A stretch of 64,000 nt of DNA from a virus. Taxonomy: Duplodnaviria; Caudoviricetes. The notes beneath the pieces were generated by a model. The model saw only the letters and a program-made list of their open reading frames with translations, made no database searches and had not been told where the DNA came from. Position 1 is the stretch's first letter; each line of letters starts with the position of its first letter. The stretch is from the IMG/VR virus record IMGVR_UViG_3300009716_000731, positions 1 through 64,000 of that record. One strand, given 5' to 3'. Of this stretch, positions 18,685 through 29,095 are shown in pieces. Made by a program: the position numbers and the translations under genes.

Positions 18685-19378
18685 AATTAAAAATTTAAGA
18701 AGTATATCACCAGACTATCCAAGGATAGCTCATTTAGATAAATCTATATCAACTATGACTCACGATGATATTGTGACTGAGTCTAAGATAACTTTTCCTT
18801 TAACTGCTTGGGTTCAAGAAAAAGTTGATGGTGCTAATATGGGTGTTTCTTGGACTTCTGGTCCGATAGTAAGAAACAGAAATCATATTCTTAAAAAAGG
18901 ATATATTGAAACCGATACACCTGCTAAATTACAATTTCGACCAGCTTGGAATTGGATTCATAAGCACGGTGCTGATATAAGAAAGTTGTCAGAATTATGC
19001 CATTCTCCAATTACAATTTATGGAGAGTGGATGTATGCTACTCACTCTATTTATTATGATAGATTACCAGATTTATTTTTAGCTTATGATATTTACATAG
19101 TAGAAGATAGAAAATTTGTAGCTCCTGATGTTTTTGAAGATTTGATGAAGCAAACTCAAATAGCTTACATCAAGTCAAGAAAGATTACATTAGATAGTAT
19201 GCAAGATGTAGTTGATTTATCAGAAGCTAAGTCAGATTATAGAAATGGATTATCAGAAGGTATTGTAATTAAGTTATCCAATGGTAGATGGCAAACAGAT
19301 TCTTTTAAGGTTGTTAATAAATTCTTTGAGAGAAGAAATGACTTTAATACTGAGTTATTAAAAAATAAAACAATCTAA
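18668..19378 (+). CDS. RNA ligase family protein (Rnl2-like)
   Basis: Motif I QEKVDGAN, III IYGEW, IIIa FLAYDI, IV EGIVIK, V FKVV. Confidence 0.85.
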   Translation: MKTKNRIKNLRSISPDYPRIAHLDKSISTMTHDDIVTESKITFPLTAWVQEKVDGANMGVSWTSGPIVRNRNHILKKGYIETDTPAKLQFRPAWNWIHKHGADIRKLSELCHSPITIYGEWMYATHSIYYDRLPDLFLAYDIYIVEDRKFVAPDVFEDLMKQTQIAYIKSRKITLDSMQDVVDLSEAKSDYRNGLSEGIVIKLSNGRWQTDSFKVVNKFFERRNDFNTELLKNKTI

Positions 19379-19379
19379 T

Positions 19380-20021
19380 ATGAAACAATATCCAAGAATA
19401 CCGTATTATGATGCCGGCTTGTTTGGTGAACAAGTTTACGCATTTGATAAAATTGATGGGACGAATGTTCGATTTTGTTGGAATCGAAAAAGAGGTTGGT
19501 ATAAATTTGGAACAAGAAGCAATATGATTGATGAAAGACACGATCAATTTGGAGAAGCAGTTACTTTATTTTTAGATAAATATGGTGATGAACTACCAAA
19601 GGTTTTCCGAAAGGAATTCCCAAATGTTGATAATTTCGTTGTTTTTTGTGAATATGCCGGGGAAAATTCATTTGCTGGTTATCATATTGATGAGCCAAAA
19701 GATGTTATTCTTTTTGATGTAAATGTTTATAAGAAAGGAATTTTACCACCAAGAGATTTCATAAGAAAGTTTGGTCACTTACATATTCCGGAATTGATTT
19801 ATCAAGGTGATTATAATATGGACTTAATAAGAGATGTGCGTGAAAATGTATATGACTTAAAAGAAGGTGTTATATGTAAAGGAAGTAGAAAGTCAAAAGG
19901 ACAAGATTTAGTTTGGATGACAAAGATTAAAACTAACTTATGGTTAGAGCGAGTTAAAGATAAATTAGGAGAAATTGCTTTACTTGAAGAGGTAAATGGT
20001 AATAGAAATTTATTAATTTAG
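19380..20021 (+). CDS. RNA ligase-like nucleotidyltransferase
   Basis: FDKIDGTN, FCEY, LFDV, KEGVICKG, TKIK. Confidence 0.8.
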   Translation: MKQYPRIPYYDAGLFGEQVYAFDKIDGTNVRFCWNRKRGWYKFGTRSNMIDERHDQFGEAVTLFLDKYGDELPKVFRKEFPNVDNFVVFCEYAGENSFAGYHIDEPKDVILFDVNVYKKGILPPRDFIRKFGHLHIPELIYQGDYNMDLIRDVRENVYDLKEGVICKGSRKSKGQDLVWMTKIKTNLWLERVKDKLGEIALLEEVNGNRNLLI

Positions 20022-20071
20022 GATAAACAAAAGAGAGGTTTTTATCTCTCTTTTTTTATATATATAGTATT

Positions 20072-20854
20072 ATGAGATATTTGAAGAGTTTTATTATTTT
20101 TGAAAATACGGATTATAGTTACTTGAAAGATGCAGATGCTTTAGATGATTTTATTAGAGAAGAGGTTAAGCCATATTTACCTGATGGTGTTATTATTAAG
20201 ATTAGAAAGAAAGTTTGTAATTTGTCTGGGTTTATAAGAGAACTGATTATAAAGTTTAGAGAACCGAATAAAGAAAATTTTGCTAAATGTGAGATAATAG
20301 AGTTTAATGATATTTTGCCTGCGATTGAACATCTTAATAGTGTTCTTAAAGACTTTGAATTAGCTAAAATATCAAGAAACTTTAGCTATTTTAGCTACCC
20401 TGCAAATAATATTGATCGTCTAAAGAATACGGTAGACAAAATCTATACTTTTGAGTTTAAGCTTAAAAAGTTAGACACCAAAAAAGCAGATGTAAATGAG
20501 TATTTGACTGATGAGTTTTTTTTATGTTGTGTTGATAGAAATATAGAAGTTACAACTGGAGTTATTAATGGTCATTTAGCACTTAAAGCTCACTTAAATT
20601 ATAATGGTAAGAATGTTAGATCTTTATCAGACCCTAAATTTGTTATGTATGATGATGACTTTTATTTGGAATTCTCAGATTCTGTTCATAAATTTGAAAA
20701 ATTTTACAAGTTAAAATTAAGTAGTATAATTATAGAAGGTCAAAAGAAAGAGGATTTTTCCGGAACTAAAATGTTTAGAACTTTAGGAGAGTTTGAGGAT
20801 TATCCAAAATTTGACTTAAAAGTAACTATGATAAGAATTTCATTTGAATTATGA
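20072..20854 (+). CDS. N-tagged hypothetical protein
   Basis: MRYLKSFIIFEN; TATATATA upstream. Confidence 0.75.
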   Translation: MRYLKSFIIFENTDYSYLKDADALDDFIREEVKPYLPDGVIIKIRKKVCNLSGFIRELIIKFREPNKENFAKCEIIEFNDILPAIEHLNSVLKDFELAKISRNFSYFSYPANNIDRLKNTVDKIYTFEFKLKKLDTKKADVNEYLTDEFFLCCVDRNIEVTTGVINGHLALKAHLNYNGKNVRSLSDPKFVMYDDDFYLEFSDSVHKFEKFYKLKLSSIIIEGQKKEDFSGTKMFRTLGEFEDYPKFDLKVTMIRISFEL

Positions 20855-21630
20855 TGTATATAAAATGCTTTGAAAAATTTGAAGATGATTTAGGTGCTAT
20901 AACTAAAAAGTATGGTAGGTCTTCCTATTTATCTACATCAACAAAAGATAGATTAAAACAACTCAGAATACCTATACATAAATTTGTTGAAACTTATGAA
21001 AAGGTAGAATTGATTAAAGGATTCAAAGAAGATAAAGATTTACTTGATAATTTATTAATTTCATTAAAAGATCACTTTTATGATTATCCAATTAGATTTG
21101 ATGATGAAAGTTCACGATACGGTGATGGATATAGGGCTGATTTGTTTTATATAAATCCTTATATAAAGATATATAATAGATTTAAGTGTCTATGGAGTAG
21201 TGACAGCTTTAATGTTTATCCAGCTAGAAAAAGTACTGAGGATTTAGTTGTTGAAATTTTTAACGAGTTAAGAAAAGGTAAGCAAAAAAAATTAGATGAA
21301 CCGTCAAGTCTTAGAAAAGGTGAAAGAGATTATGGGTCGAGAACTAGAATGATAAGATCAAGTGAGTTTGAAAGACCTGATATTTCGGTTGGTTTAAGTT
21401 TTAGACTTAATTATTTTTATATAGGTGAGCTTAGTGATTTTGGTTGGGGTGATGAAAATTATTGGGAACAAAGAAAGAAAAAAGACAAGATTGAAGAAGA
21501 GATACTAGAATACTTAAAAGATCACGTGATATATCGTTACTTTTATATGTTAGGTTATAAAAATATTGACTTTGATGTTAAAAGAGATTATTCTACTTCA
21601 TCTTTTGAGGTAAAAATAAATAATATATGA
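20851..21630 (+). CDS. N-tagged hypothetical protein
   Basis: MMYIKCFEKFED. Confidence 0.75.
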   Translation: MMYIKCFEKFEDDLGAITKKYGRSSYLSTSTKDRLKQLRIPIHKFVETYEKVELIKGFKEDKDLLDNLLISLKDHFYDYPIRFDDESSRYGDGYRADLFYINPYIKIYNRFKCLWSSDSFNVYPARKSTEDLVVEIFNELRKGKQKKLDEPSSLRKGERDYGSRTRMIRSSEFERPDISVGLSFRLNYFYIGELSDFGWGDENYWEQRKKKDKIEEEILEYLKDHVIYRYFYMLGYKNIDFDVKRDYSTSSFEVKINNI

Positions 21631-21683
21631 TATGTCAAAAATATAACCCTTAATTATTTATATATAAATAAAAATAATTATTT

Positions 21684-22397
21684 ATGAAAGTATGTAAAAC
21701 ATGTAATGTTGAGAAAAGTATTGAAGATTTTCACAAAAAACAAAGTAGATGTAAAGAATGCTTAAAAGTTAAATATCTTGAAAATAAAGAAGAGATCTTA
21801 AAGAAAACAAATGAGTATTATCATTCAAACAAGGAGCTAAATAGAGAGAAGAGAAGAGAATATTATCATAAAAATAAAGAGATTTTAAGACCTAAAATGA
21901 ATAAGTGGAAAAAGGATAATAAAGATAAGGTCAAAGAATCTAATAAACTATGGTATGAGGCCAATAAAGTTGATATATCAGTTAAGAGTAAAGCTTATAA
22001 TAGTTTACCTGAAAATAAAATTAAGAGAAGAGAATATCATAAAAATAGAAAGGAGAATGATACTTTATATAAATTACGGGTTAATATAGTTTCATTAATA
22101 AGAGAGTCAATAAAAAGAAGAGATTTTATAAAGAAGTCAAAATCTATCGATATACTTGGTTGTTCATTTGATGAATTTAAGGTATATATAGAGTCAAAAT
22201 TTGAACCTTGGATGAATTGGGATAATCATGGTTTATATAATGGTGAGTTAAACTATGGTTGGGATATAGATCATATTATACCTTTATCCTCTGCTACTAC
22301 GGAGGAAGATATAATCAGATTAAATCACTATACTAACTTACAACCTTTATGTAGCTTTACAAATAGGTATATTAAAAAAGATAAATTATCATATTAA
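21684..22397 (+). CDS. HNH endonuclease-like protein (free-standing)
   Basis: N-terminal CxxC..CxxC; LGCS...MNWDNHG...WDIDHIIPL...LNHYTNLQPL. Confidence 0.8.
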   Translation: MKVCKTCNVEKSIEDFHKKQSRCKECLKVKYLENKEEILKKTNEYYHSNKELNREKRREYYHKNKEILRPKMNKWKKDNKDKVKESNKLWYEANKVDISVKSKAYNSLPENKIKRREYHKNRKENDTLYKLRVNIVSLIRESIKRRDFIKKSKSIDILGCSFDEFKVYIESKFEPWMNWDNHGLYNGELNYGWDIDHIIPLSSATTEEDIIRLNHYTNLQPLCSFTNRYIKKDKLSY

Positions 22398-22407
22398 TAT
22401 ATATAGT

Positions 22408-22998
22408 ATGAAATATCTAATATTTTTTGAAAGTTTTGATGTTAAGGCACATTTAAGTAATAGGGGTATTGATCCTGAAAAAACTCAACTAATTATTGAT
22501 GAGGATTCTGGTGATACTTTTTTCTTTCTATATAACTTATCAGGTCAAATGGTAGGTTATCAGAAGTACAATAGTGCATACGATAAGAAAGGACAAGATG
22601 CTAGAAAGATGGAAGACCCTAAAAAGACTAAATACTATAACTGGGTTGGTGATGAACCAGAAGGAAAAAAGATAGCAGTTTGGGGATTAGAATCTACAAG
22701 TTTTACAGATAAATACTTATTTATAACTGAAGGTATATTTGATATAGCAAGAGCACATCAAGCAGGTTATCCAGGTATTGCAGTTCTTTGTAATGATCCA
22801 AGTCCACAATTGGCTAATTGGTTAAAAACTTTACCACAAACTAAAATTGTTATTTATGATAATGACAAAGCTGGTGAAAAATTAAGAAAATTAGGAGATT
22901 ACTCATTCTCTGTTGAAGGTGGTAAAGACCTAAATGATTTATCAGAAGAAGAAGCAAAAGAATTCTTAGATGATATTATAAATTCAATTGAAAACTAA
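22408..22998 (+). CDS. Toprim (primase-like) domain protein with N-terminal tag
   Basis: ITEGIFD, YDNDKAG, GKDLND. Confidence 0.8.
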   Translation: MKYLIFFESFDVKAHLSNRGIDPEKTQLIIDEDSGDTFFFLYNLSGQMVGYQKYNSAYDKKGQDARKMEDPKKTKYYNWVGDEPEGKKIAVWGLESTSFTDKYLFITEGIFDIARAHQAGYPGIAVLCNDPSPQLANWLKTLPQTKIVIYDNDKAGEKLRKLGDYSFSVEGGKDLNDLSEEEAKEFLDDIINSIEN

Positions 22999-23022
22999 AT
23001 TTATAAACTCTATATAATAGGT

Positions 23023-23421
23023 ATGAAAAAACCTGATGCTATTGTATGGAGTCCAGAAAATGGTTATGATGCTAAATTAAGATCATATCCTACCAACGTT
23101 GGTGCACCGTCTTTTAATTTACCTGACATTTCAAAAATCAAAAATCAATCTGCTAAAAAGATGTATGAGGTTTTTGATAGAGAAAGAATTGAACTCTTAG
23201 AAAAAGCTGAGAAATTATTAGAAGAGTATAACACTTCTATGATGATATGGGATTCTAAAATATCATTTGAACCTATAATAGGTAAAAAATATCATTTATA
23301 TAATTTTGATGGTGTAAATACTTTATCACTTATAGCACCAAATGAATGGAATAAGAAAGATTTTTTTATAGGTAGTTTTATTCTAAATCATGATAATAAG
23401 TGGATAAAAATTTCTGAATAG
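23023..23421 (+). CDS. DUF2452-like protein
   Basis: YPTNVGAPSF, FEPIIGKKYHLY, LSLIAPNEW. Confidence 0.65.
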   Translation: MKKPDAIVWSPENGYDAKLRSYPTNVGAPSFNLPDISKIKNQSAKKMYEVFDRERIELLEKAEKLLEEYNTSMMIWDSKISFEPIIGKKYHLYNFDGVNTLSLIAPNEWNKKDFFIGSFILNHDNKWIKISE

Positions 23422-23458
23422 TATTTGCAAGTAATAATTTTTCATGTATCTTTGTTAT

Positions 23459-23887
23459 ATGAAAAAAATACTCTTATTACTTACGGCATTTGTGTCACTG
23501 ACCTTATCAGCACAAAAAGACACTAAAAATTTTACCCCTACTAACTGGGTAACTGACTTGGGTAACTTTTATACACCTGAGCAAGAAGCAAAATTAAATA
23601 GTCTTATCTCTGACTATGAAAAGAAAACATCAATTGAAATTGGTGTAATTACTACTGAGTCTTTAGATGGACAATCTATTGAAGAATTTGCAAGTGAGCA
23701 GTTTAACCGATTAGGTATCGGTAAAAAAGGAGCTGACAACGGTATTCTTGTTTGTTTTTCGTTGAAAGACCGCAAAAGTCGTGTTGAGGTAGGAAATGGT
23801 ATGGAAGCATTTCTATCTGATGCTACTTCTTGGGATGCTTTGCAAGTTATTAAACCAGAGTTTTTATTATTAAATGCTATTCTATAG
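23459..23887 (+). pseudogene. TPM-domain exported protein, truncated after IKPEF
   Basis: Signal peptide, WVTD, GIGKKGADNGIL, RVEVGNGME; tail reads antisense of the neighbouring gene. Confidence 0.7.
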
Positions 23888-24252
23888 CTTTTTGTGTTAC
23901 TTCTAAATTTTATTTCTTTATTGTAAGAAATAAAATTTGAGAAATTAACTAAATGTTGTTTATCTTTTTCAGACAAACATATTTCAAAGCTATTATCTTT
24001 AAGATAAGCATCTGCTATCAAAAATCCAAGCCAATAAAAGCTTTGTGGTGTTTCTGATAATAAATTATCTAACGAGTTTTCTCTTTTTGAGAAAATATCA
24101 TTAAGTTTATGTTTTTTAGTAAATTGTGTTTTTTTAGTAGAACACTTTTTACACTTAGAGTTCTTCTTTCTTGCTGTATAAAAGTCACTTTTCCATCTAT
24201 AATAGATTTTATTGTTACAGATTGGACAGTCTCGATATATTTGGTTTTCCAT
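23855..24252 (-). pseudogene. LAGLIDADG homing endonuclease, truncated
   Basis: YWLGFLIADAY motif; after FNNKNSG the ORF reads antisense through the TPM gene. Confidence 0.7.
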
Positions 24253-24311
24253 ATTATATATATTATTTTCTTAATCTGGAAAACCTACTAATCTTGACTG
24301 TTTTCATCTTT

Positions 24312-24542
24312 TTATAAATTAGCGTTAGACTTAAATAGTCTCTCAGCCAATTCAATGTTTACTTCAAGTAAAAGTTGTACTAAAACCTCATTATCAGTTC
24401 CTTTGATTTCGGAAAAGTTATAATTTGATTTACCTTTTAATTGTTTAACAATTGATTTATTAGGAATACTTGGATTAGCTAATTGATGACTAATCGCCAT
24501 GATTTCTGTGTCTGAGAGTGTTTCGAGTACTGATTTGAACAT
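24312..24542 (-). CDS. hypothetical protein
   Basis: 76 aa; TATCTTTG upstream on the minus strand. Confidence 0.65.
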   Translation of the reverse strand: MFKSVLETLSDTEIMAISHQLANPSIPNKSIVKQLKGKSNYNFSEIKGTDNEVLVQLLLEVNIELAERLFKSNANL

Positions 24543-24603
24543 AACTTTATTATTTTATACAAAGATAGAAAATTATTTTGATTATTAAAATTATTTTTGA
24601 TAA

Positions 24604-24813
24604 TTATCCACCATATGCATCAATAACATATCCGTTCTTAACTCTAAAGTTGATTCTATCCATTCTAAGATCCATTGTTAGCATAAATGATTGACCATCT
24701 TGCTCAACAATTCTTACTGTGTAACCACCATCTTTGGCATACTGTGTAGCTTCTTCAAGTGTCTTACCTTCATACTCTCCTTTAGTAATCATTCCATTAT
24801 TTCTAAGTGCCAT
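24604..24813 (-). CDS. I78/potato-inhibitor-like protease inhibitor
   Basis: TMDLRMDRINFRV..G.V....GG motif. Confidence 0.65.
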   Translation of the reverse strand: MALRNNGMITKGEYEGKTLEEATQYAKDGGYTVRIVEQDGQSFMLTMDLRMDRINFRVKNGYVIDAYGG

Positions 24814-24862
24814 AATTTTATATTTTTCTATTTATATTATTTATAACAAAAAGTCGAGATCT

Positions 24863-25510
24863 TTAATCTCGACTTTTTATTTTTGCTTTTTTCCAGTTTC
24901 TGGTCCAATGTTCATCTGTCTGAACATGATCTTTTCTAACCCATTTCATAACATTTTCAGCAAAGTCGTCATTATGAAACATACCTGCTGATCTTACTAC
25001 AACACCTTCTATTTCACCACCTAATTCTGATTGTTTACTAACTAAATCGTCAACTAGTGATTTTAATTCTTTTACTGAGTTTACTACACCTTTGAAAAGT
25101 ACTGGTACAGTTGGTATATCTAATAGATACGAATACTCTTCTACTTGTTGCCAAGGAATCCAAATATTATTATCTCTAACACCAAAGATATAGAAATATG
25201 ATTCAAGGTTAGTATATTCTATACTATGTACTGCATAAAGACTTTCTCCAAAAACATATGTTTCATCATCTAGGTAATTACCTATAATAGAATGTAGTTT
25301 TTTTAGTTCAACATCCCAGGGATTTGTTGTAAATACTGCATGTGAACGTCCATATACTCCATCTTTTTTTATACAAGAGTTTGAACCATCCAATTTTTCA
25401 GTAATAACAATCTCTTTACACAATAGATAATTTACATCTTTGGATATTTTATCATCATTTGTTGAACCTGGAGACCAAGGTAAATGATAAGTTCTTGGGT
25501 ATTTTGACAT
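24863..25510 (-). CDS. RNA ligase family protein
   Basis: KYPRTYHLPWSPG, TEKLDGSN, FGE, EGVVVR, KWVR..HVQTDEHW. Confidence 0.88.
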   Translation of the reverse strand: MSKYPRTYHLPWSPGSTNDDKISKDVNYLLCKEIVITEKLDGSNSCIKKDGVYGRSHAVFTTNPWDVELKKLHSIIGNYLDDETYVFGESLYAVHSIEYTNLESYFYIFGVRDNNIWIPWQQVEEYSYLLDIPTVPVLFKGVVNSVKELKSLVDDLVSKQSELGGEIEGVVVRSAGMFHNDDFAENVMKWVRKDHVQTDEHWTRNWKKAKIKSRD

Positions 25511-25588
25511 GATTTCTATTTTTTACAAATATATAGAGAAAAGTTTGAAAAAACAAGTTTTTCAGTTATCATATTTAATATATACTAT

Positions 25589-26515
25589 ATGAAAGAATGT
25601 CCTTTTTGTAATAAGATAGTAGGAAATGACCCACATATTTACTTTTGTAAAAGTAAAACAACTAATGATAAAAATGAGATAAAGTTTTTATACATAAGTA
25701 AGAATTTCCCACTTATATCTGATAAAGATAGTGTAATAGAAAATTATATAAATAATTTAAAAAGTTTACCAGATATTAAAAGAGAGTTTGGTATTGATTT
25801 TAAATCTTTTTTATTTCTTTTGGAATATCATAATATTCAAAAAAGGAATATATCAGAGAGTTCTAAACTTATTTCTGTTGATAAGTATAAAAAAACTTGT
25901 AAATTGAAGTATGGTGTTGATAATGTATCAAAAGTTGCTAGTGTGAAGGAGAGTAAGAAAAAAACATTTATGAGAAATTATGGTGTTGATAATATCTTTA
26001 GAGATACTGAATTTAAAAAGTGGGTAGCTGAGAATAATTTTGCTTGGAATAATTTAACTGAGGAAGAAAATAAATTAAGAGTTTTAAAACAGACTATCTC
26101 TATAAAAAAATATTGGAATAATTTAACAGATGAACAAAAGTATAAGTTATATGATTATAATGGAACTTCTAAGTTAGAGACTAAAATATCAGAGGTTTTA
26201 AATAGTCTATCAATATCATATACTACGCAGTTTCATATTAAAGGTAAGATATTTGATTTTAAAATATCTAATACTAATATACTTATTGAGGTTAATGGTG
26301 ACTATTGGCATTGTAATCCTATTAAGTATAATATTGATGAAGTTGTTAAATTTCCTGGTGAGGTTCGAAAGGTTAAAGATGTTTGGAAAAAGGATAGTGA
26401 TAAGAGGGAAAGGGTTGAAAAGATTGGATATAAAGTTATTTATATATGGGAAGATGAGATAAGAAAGACTAAAGATTTGAGCAAATTGGTATTATCTAAA
26501 TTAAATATAGACTAA
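25589..26515 (+). CDS. DUF559/Vsr-like putative homing endonuclease
   Basis: KYGVDN repeats; IEVNGDYWHCNP...GYKVIYIWEDE. Confidence 0.75.
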   Translation: MKECPFCNKIVGNDPHIYFCKSKTTNDKNEIKFLYISKNFPLISDKDSVIENYINNLKSLPDIKREFGIDFKSFLFLLEYHNIQKRNISESSKLISVDKYKKTCKLKYGVDNVSKVASVKESKKKTFMRNYGVDNIFRDTEFKKWVAENNFAWNNLTEEENKLRVLKQTISIKKYWNNLTDEQKYKLYDYNGTSKLETKISEVLNSLSISYTTQFHIKGKIFDFKISNTNILIEVNGDYWHCNPIKYNIDEVVKFPGEVRKVKDVWKKDSDKRERVEKIGYKVIYIWEDEIRKTKDLSKLVLSKLNID

Positions 26516-26547
26516 TTTTTCAGTATATAATTTTTAATATATACAAT

Positions 26548-27009
26548 ATGAAGTATATTAAAGCATTTAATGAAGGTTTGCTTGATCAAAGTGAATTAGA
26601 TAATATAAGAGATATATGTGACGGAACTTTAGCTTATTTATTTGACGAGGTAGATGGCTCAATAAATATAGATCCATATAAAGGAACATTATATAATTAT
26701 ATTGAGGTGAAAATTGTTTTTAGAAAAGGTAATACTTGGAATAGAATAGAAGATTATATCATGTCATTATATCAAAGATTAGATAATGACTATGATGTTA
26801 AACCAATAGTTAAGCTTTTCACTTTAGATAGTGATGCTGATAAGGAAATAAAGTATTATGATTTAGATAATTCTAAATTCACTGATATTTTAGGTAGAGA
26901 ATTAAAATCTTTTGGTTATCTAAATAAATATGATATAAATAAAAATTTAATATATTCTGTTACTCTTAAAATTAGAGATAGATTTCATAAAAAAAGCCTT
27001 ACTAAGTAA
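26548..27009 (+). CDS. N-tagged hypothetical protein
   Basis: MKYIKAFNEG; TTAATATATA upstream. Confidence 0.75.
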   Translation: MKYIKAFNEGLLDQSELDNIRDICDGTLAYLFDEVDGSINIDPYKGTLYNYIEVKIVFRKGNTWNRIEDYIMSLYQRLDNDYDVKPIVKLFTLDSDADKEIKYYDLDNSKFTDILGRELKSFGYLNKYDINKNLIYSVTLKIRDRFHKKSLTK

Positions 27010-27019
27010 GGCTTTTTTT
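26989..27019. terminator. bidirectional intrinsic terminator
   Basis: AAAAAAAGCCTTAC-taa-GTAAGGCTTTTTTT. Confidence 0.8.
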
Positions 27020-27854
27020 ATTTTTGAAATTCGTCAAACTTCATAATTCTTGACTCAACAACAGTCTCTCTTCCAGATGTTGCGTTTCTTTCGATATTTT
27101 TCCATCTTTTGTTCAAGAACTCTAATTTCGCTTTGTCGATTTTACAGTTTCTATCTGAAATGTTTCCTTCATTAAACATATCAATCATTTGTTGCATACT
27201 TAATGTTGGATGTTTTTTATCAAACATTGGATCTGGATGTGACCAACCAAACTTAAACAACCAGTTTAACAAAGCCGCTTTGCTGTAATCTTTGTAATCA
27301 TCAGTTGTTCCATTACCACTTCTTTTTGAAAGTTTTTTATTACCATCAAATAACAAACCAGCGTGGATAACTTTAGGAAATGCTTTAGAACCTTCAACCT
27401 CACAAATCATATCCCAGATTTTTCTTTGCTTAACCTCATTAGCAATGTGATCTACACCACGGATAATATGGGTAACATCGTAATCGTAATCGTCTAAGAT
27501 TGAGCAAAAGTTGTAAGTAGGAAATCCGTTATTTCTTAAAATAACCATAGAATACTCTCCCATATCAATTTCGTAACCATTCTCGGTCTTAGTACCAATT
27601 TTCTCAGCAACTTCTTTATATCTATCTAATCTCTCAGATTGTCTGAAAGTTAAATCATAGTCTAATCCATAATCATGCATTTGATCATAGATATAATCTA
27701 CCCACTCTTCTCTGTTTCTTTCTTGATCAGTATCATCAATTCTAAGAATGAATTTACCGTTATTAGCTCTTGCCATCAAATAATTTAATAGAGCTGTGCG
27801 AAGGGTTCCAAGATGAAAAAAGCCAGTCGGCGACGGCGCGACGCGTGTTACCAT
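27018..27854 (-). CDS. minimal glutamyl-tRNA synthetase-like protein (catalytic domain only, GluQ-RS-like)
   Basis: RVAPSPTGFFHLG, LRIDDTD, QSER, PTYNF...DD...VTHIIRGVDH, KLSKR; no anticodon-binding domain. Confidence 0.85.
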   Translation of the reverse strand: MVTRVAPSPTGFFHLGTLRTALLNYLMARANNGKFILRIDDTDQERNREEWVDYIYDQMHDYGLDYDLTFRQSERLDRYKEVAEKIGTKTENGYEIDMGEYSMVILRNNGFPTYNFCSILDDYDYDVTHIIRGVDHIANEVKQRKIWDMICEVEGSKAFPKVIHAGLLFDGNKKLSKRSGNGTTDDYKDYSKAALLNWLFKFGWSHPDPMFDKKHPTLSMQQMIDMFNEGNISDRNCKIDKAKLEFLNKRWKNIERNATSGRETVVESRIMKFDEFQK

Positions 27855-27968
27855 AATATTTTAATTATTTTTAGTTATATATTAATTTTTATTATGCAAA
27901 TATACCACTTTTTTGAAAAAATAAAAACTTTTTTCACAAGGGGGTGTTATTTATTTTATATATAAATA

Positions 27969-29066
27969 ATGAAAAACTATATTTATATTTTGAAAGACCC
28001 AGTATCTAATGAAATTAAATACGTTGGAAAAAGTAATAATCCTGATAATAGACTTAAAAGACATCTTAGTGAGTCTAATCTAGTTGAATCTTGGACTTCT
28101 AAAAATAAGTGGTTATTATCTTTAAGAAAAAATAATTTATTTCCAATAATGGAAATTATTGATTCAACTGAATTAGATAATATCAACGAGTTAGAGGTTT
28201 ATTGGATAAAGTATTATCGTAATCTTGGTTTCAAATTAACTAATAGTACTGATGGTGGTGATGGTTTTGACTGGACTGGTAGGAGACATACCAACGAGTC
28301 TATCAAGCGGTTGAGATTATGTCATCCAAATAGGAAAGAGATTATTCAATTTGATTTAGCTAACAAAATAGTTAAAATTTATAATTCTATTCATGAATGT
28401 GAGTCTATTACTGGTTTAAGTCGTTCACATATAATTAAATGTTGTAAAAATGGTAAAAATAAAACCGTTGGTGGATTCTATTTTAGATATATCGATAATT
28501 ACTTTCCTTGTATTAAATCAATGACTGAACCTGATATGATTTATATAAATTCTAAAATAGAGGAATTCAATTTATCAAAACCGACTTATATAACTAAAAA
28601 AGAAAAATTAAGAAATAAATTAAAAGAGTCTGTTAAATCTAAGAAAAAGTCGATAATACATTATGATTTAGATGGTAATATATTAGGTAGATACGAATCT
28701 ATGAGTGAGGCTAGGAATTATACTGGATGTCACATCGGGTTAATCTCTAATTGTTGTAATAAAAAGAGTTATTATACAGTAAATAGCACTACTTTTAGAT
28801 ATGAGGGTGATGTATTTGATTATAAGCCTTATAATGTTAGTATTCAAGTTAATAGTAAAAGGGTATGTAAGTATGATTTAGATGGTAAACTAGTTGAGAT
28901 ATATGATTCGATCAAGCAAGCTATGAGAAATAATGGTATAACTAGTGATTCTAACATAGTATCTTGTTGTAAAAAGAAAACTAATAAGAAAACAGGTAAA
29001 TTTATTAAAGTTAAAGGATTTACATATAGATACTTTGACGAAACAGAAGGTAGAGATTTAATATAA
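27969..29066 (+). CDS. GIY-YIG homing endonuclease with NUMOD1-like repeats
   Basis: YIYIL...KYVGKS..R...H; LTN.T.GG; three x YDLDG..I..Y.S...I..CC repeats. Confidence 0.85.
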   Translation: MKNYIYILKDPVSNEIKYVGKSNNPDNRLKRHLSESNLVESWTSKNKWLLSLRKNNLFPIMEIIDSTELDNINELEVYWIKYYRNLGFKLTNSTDGGDGFDWTGRRHTNESIKRLRLCHPNRKEIIQFDLANKIVKIYNSIHECESITGLSRSHIIKCCKNGKNKTVGGFYFRYIDNYFPCIKSMTEPDMIYINSKIEEFNLSKPTYITKKEKLRNKLKESVKSKKKSIIHYDLDGNILGRYESMSEARNYTGCHIGLISNCCNKKSYYTVNSTTFRYEGDVFDYKPYNVSIQVNSKRVCKYDLDGKLVEIYDSIKQAMRNNGITSDSNIVSCCKKKTNKKTGKFIKVKGFTYRYFDETEGRDLI

Positions 29067-29092
29067 AAAGCCACTTAATCAGTGGCTTTTTT
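29065..29092. terminator. bidirectional intrinsic terminator closing the amber cluster
   Basis: AAAAAGCCACT-taatc-AGTGGCTTTTT. Confidence 0.8.
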
Positions 29093-29095
29093 ATT

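Noticed and set aside
23614-23887. Genuine long antisense gene overlap
   Set aside because: Better explained by a deletion junction between two truncated genes
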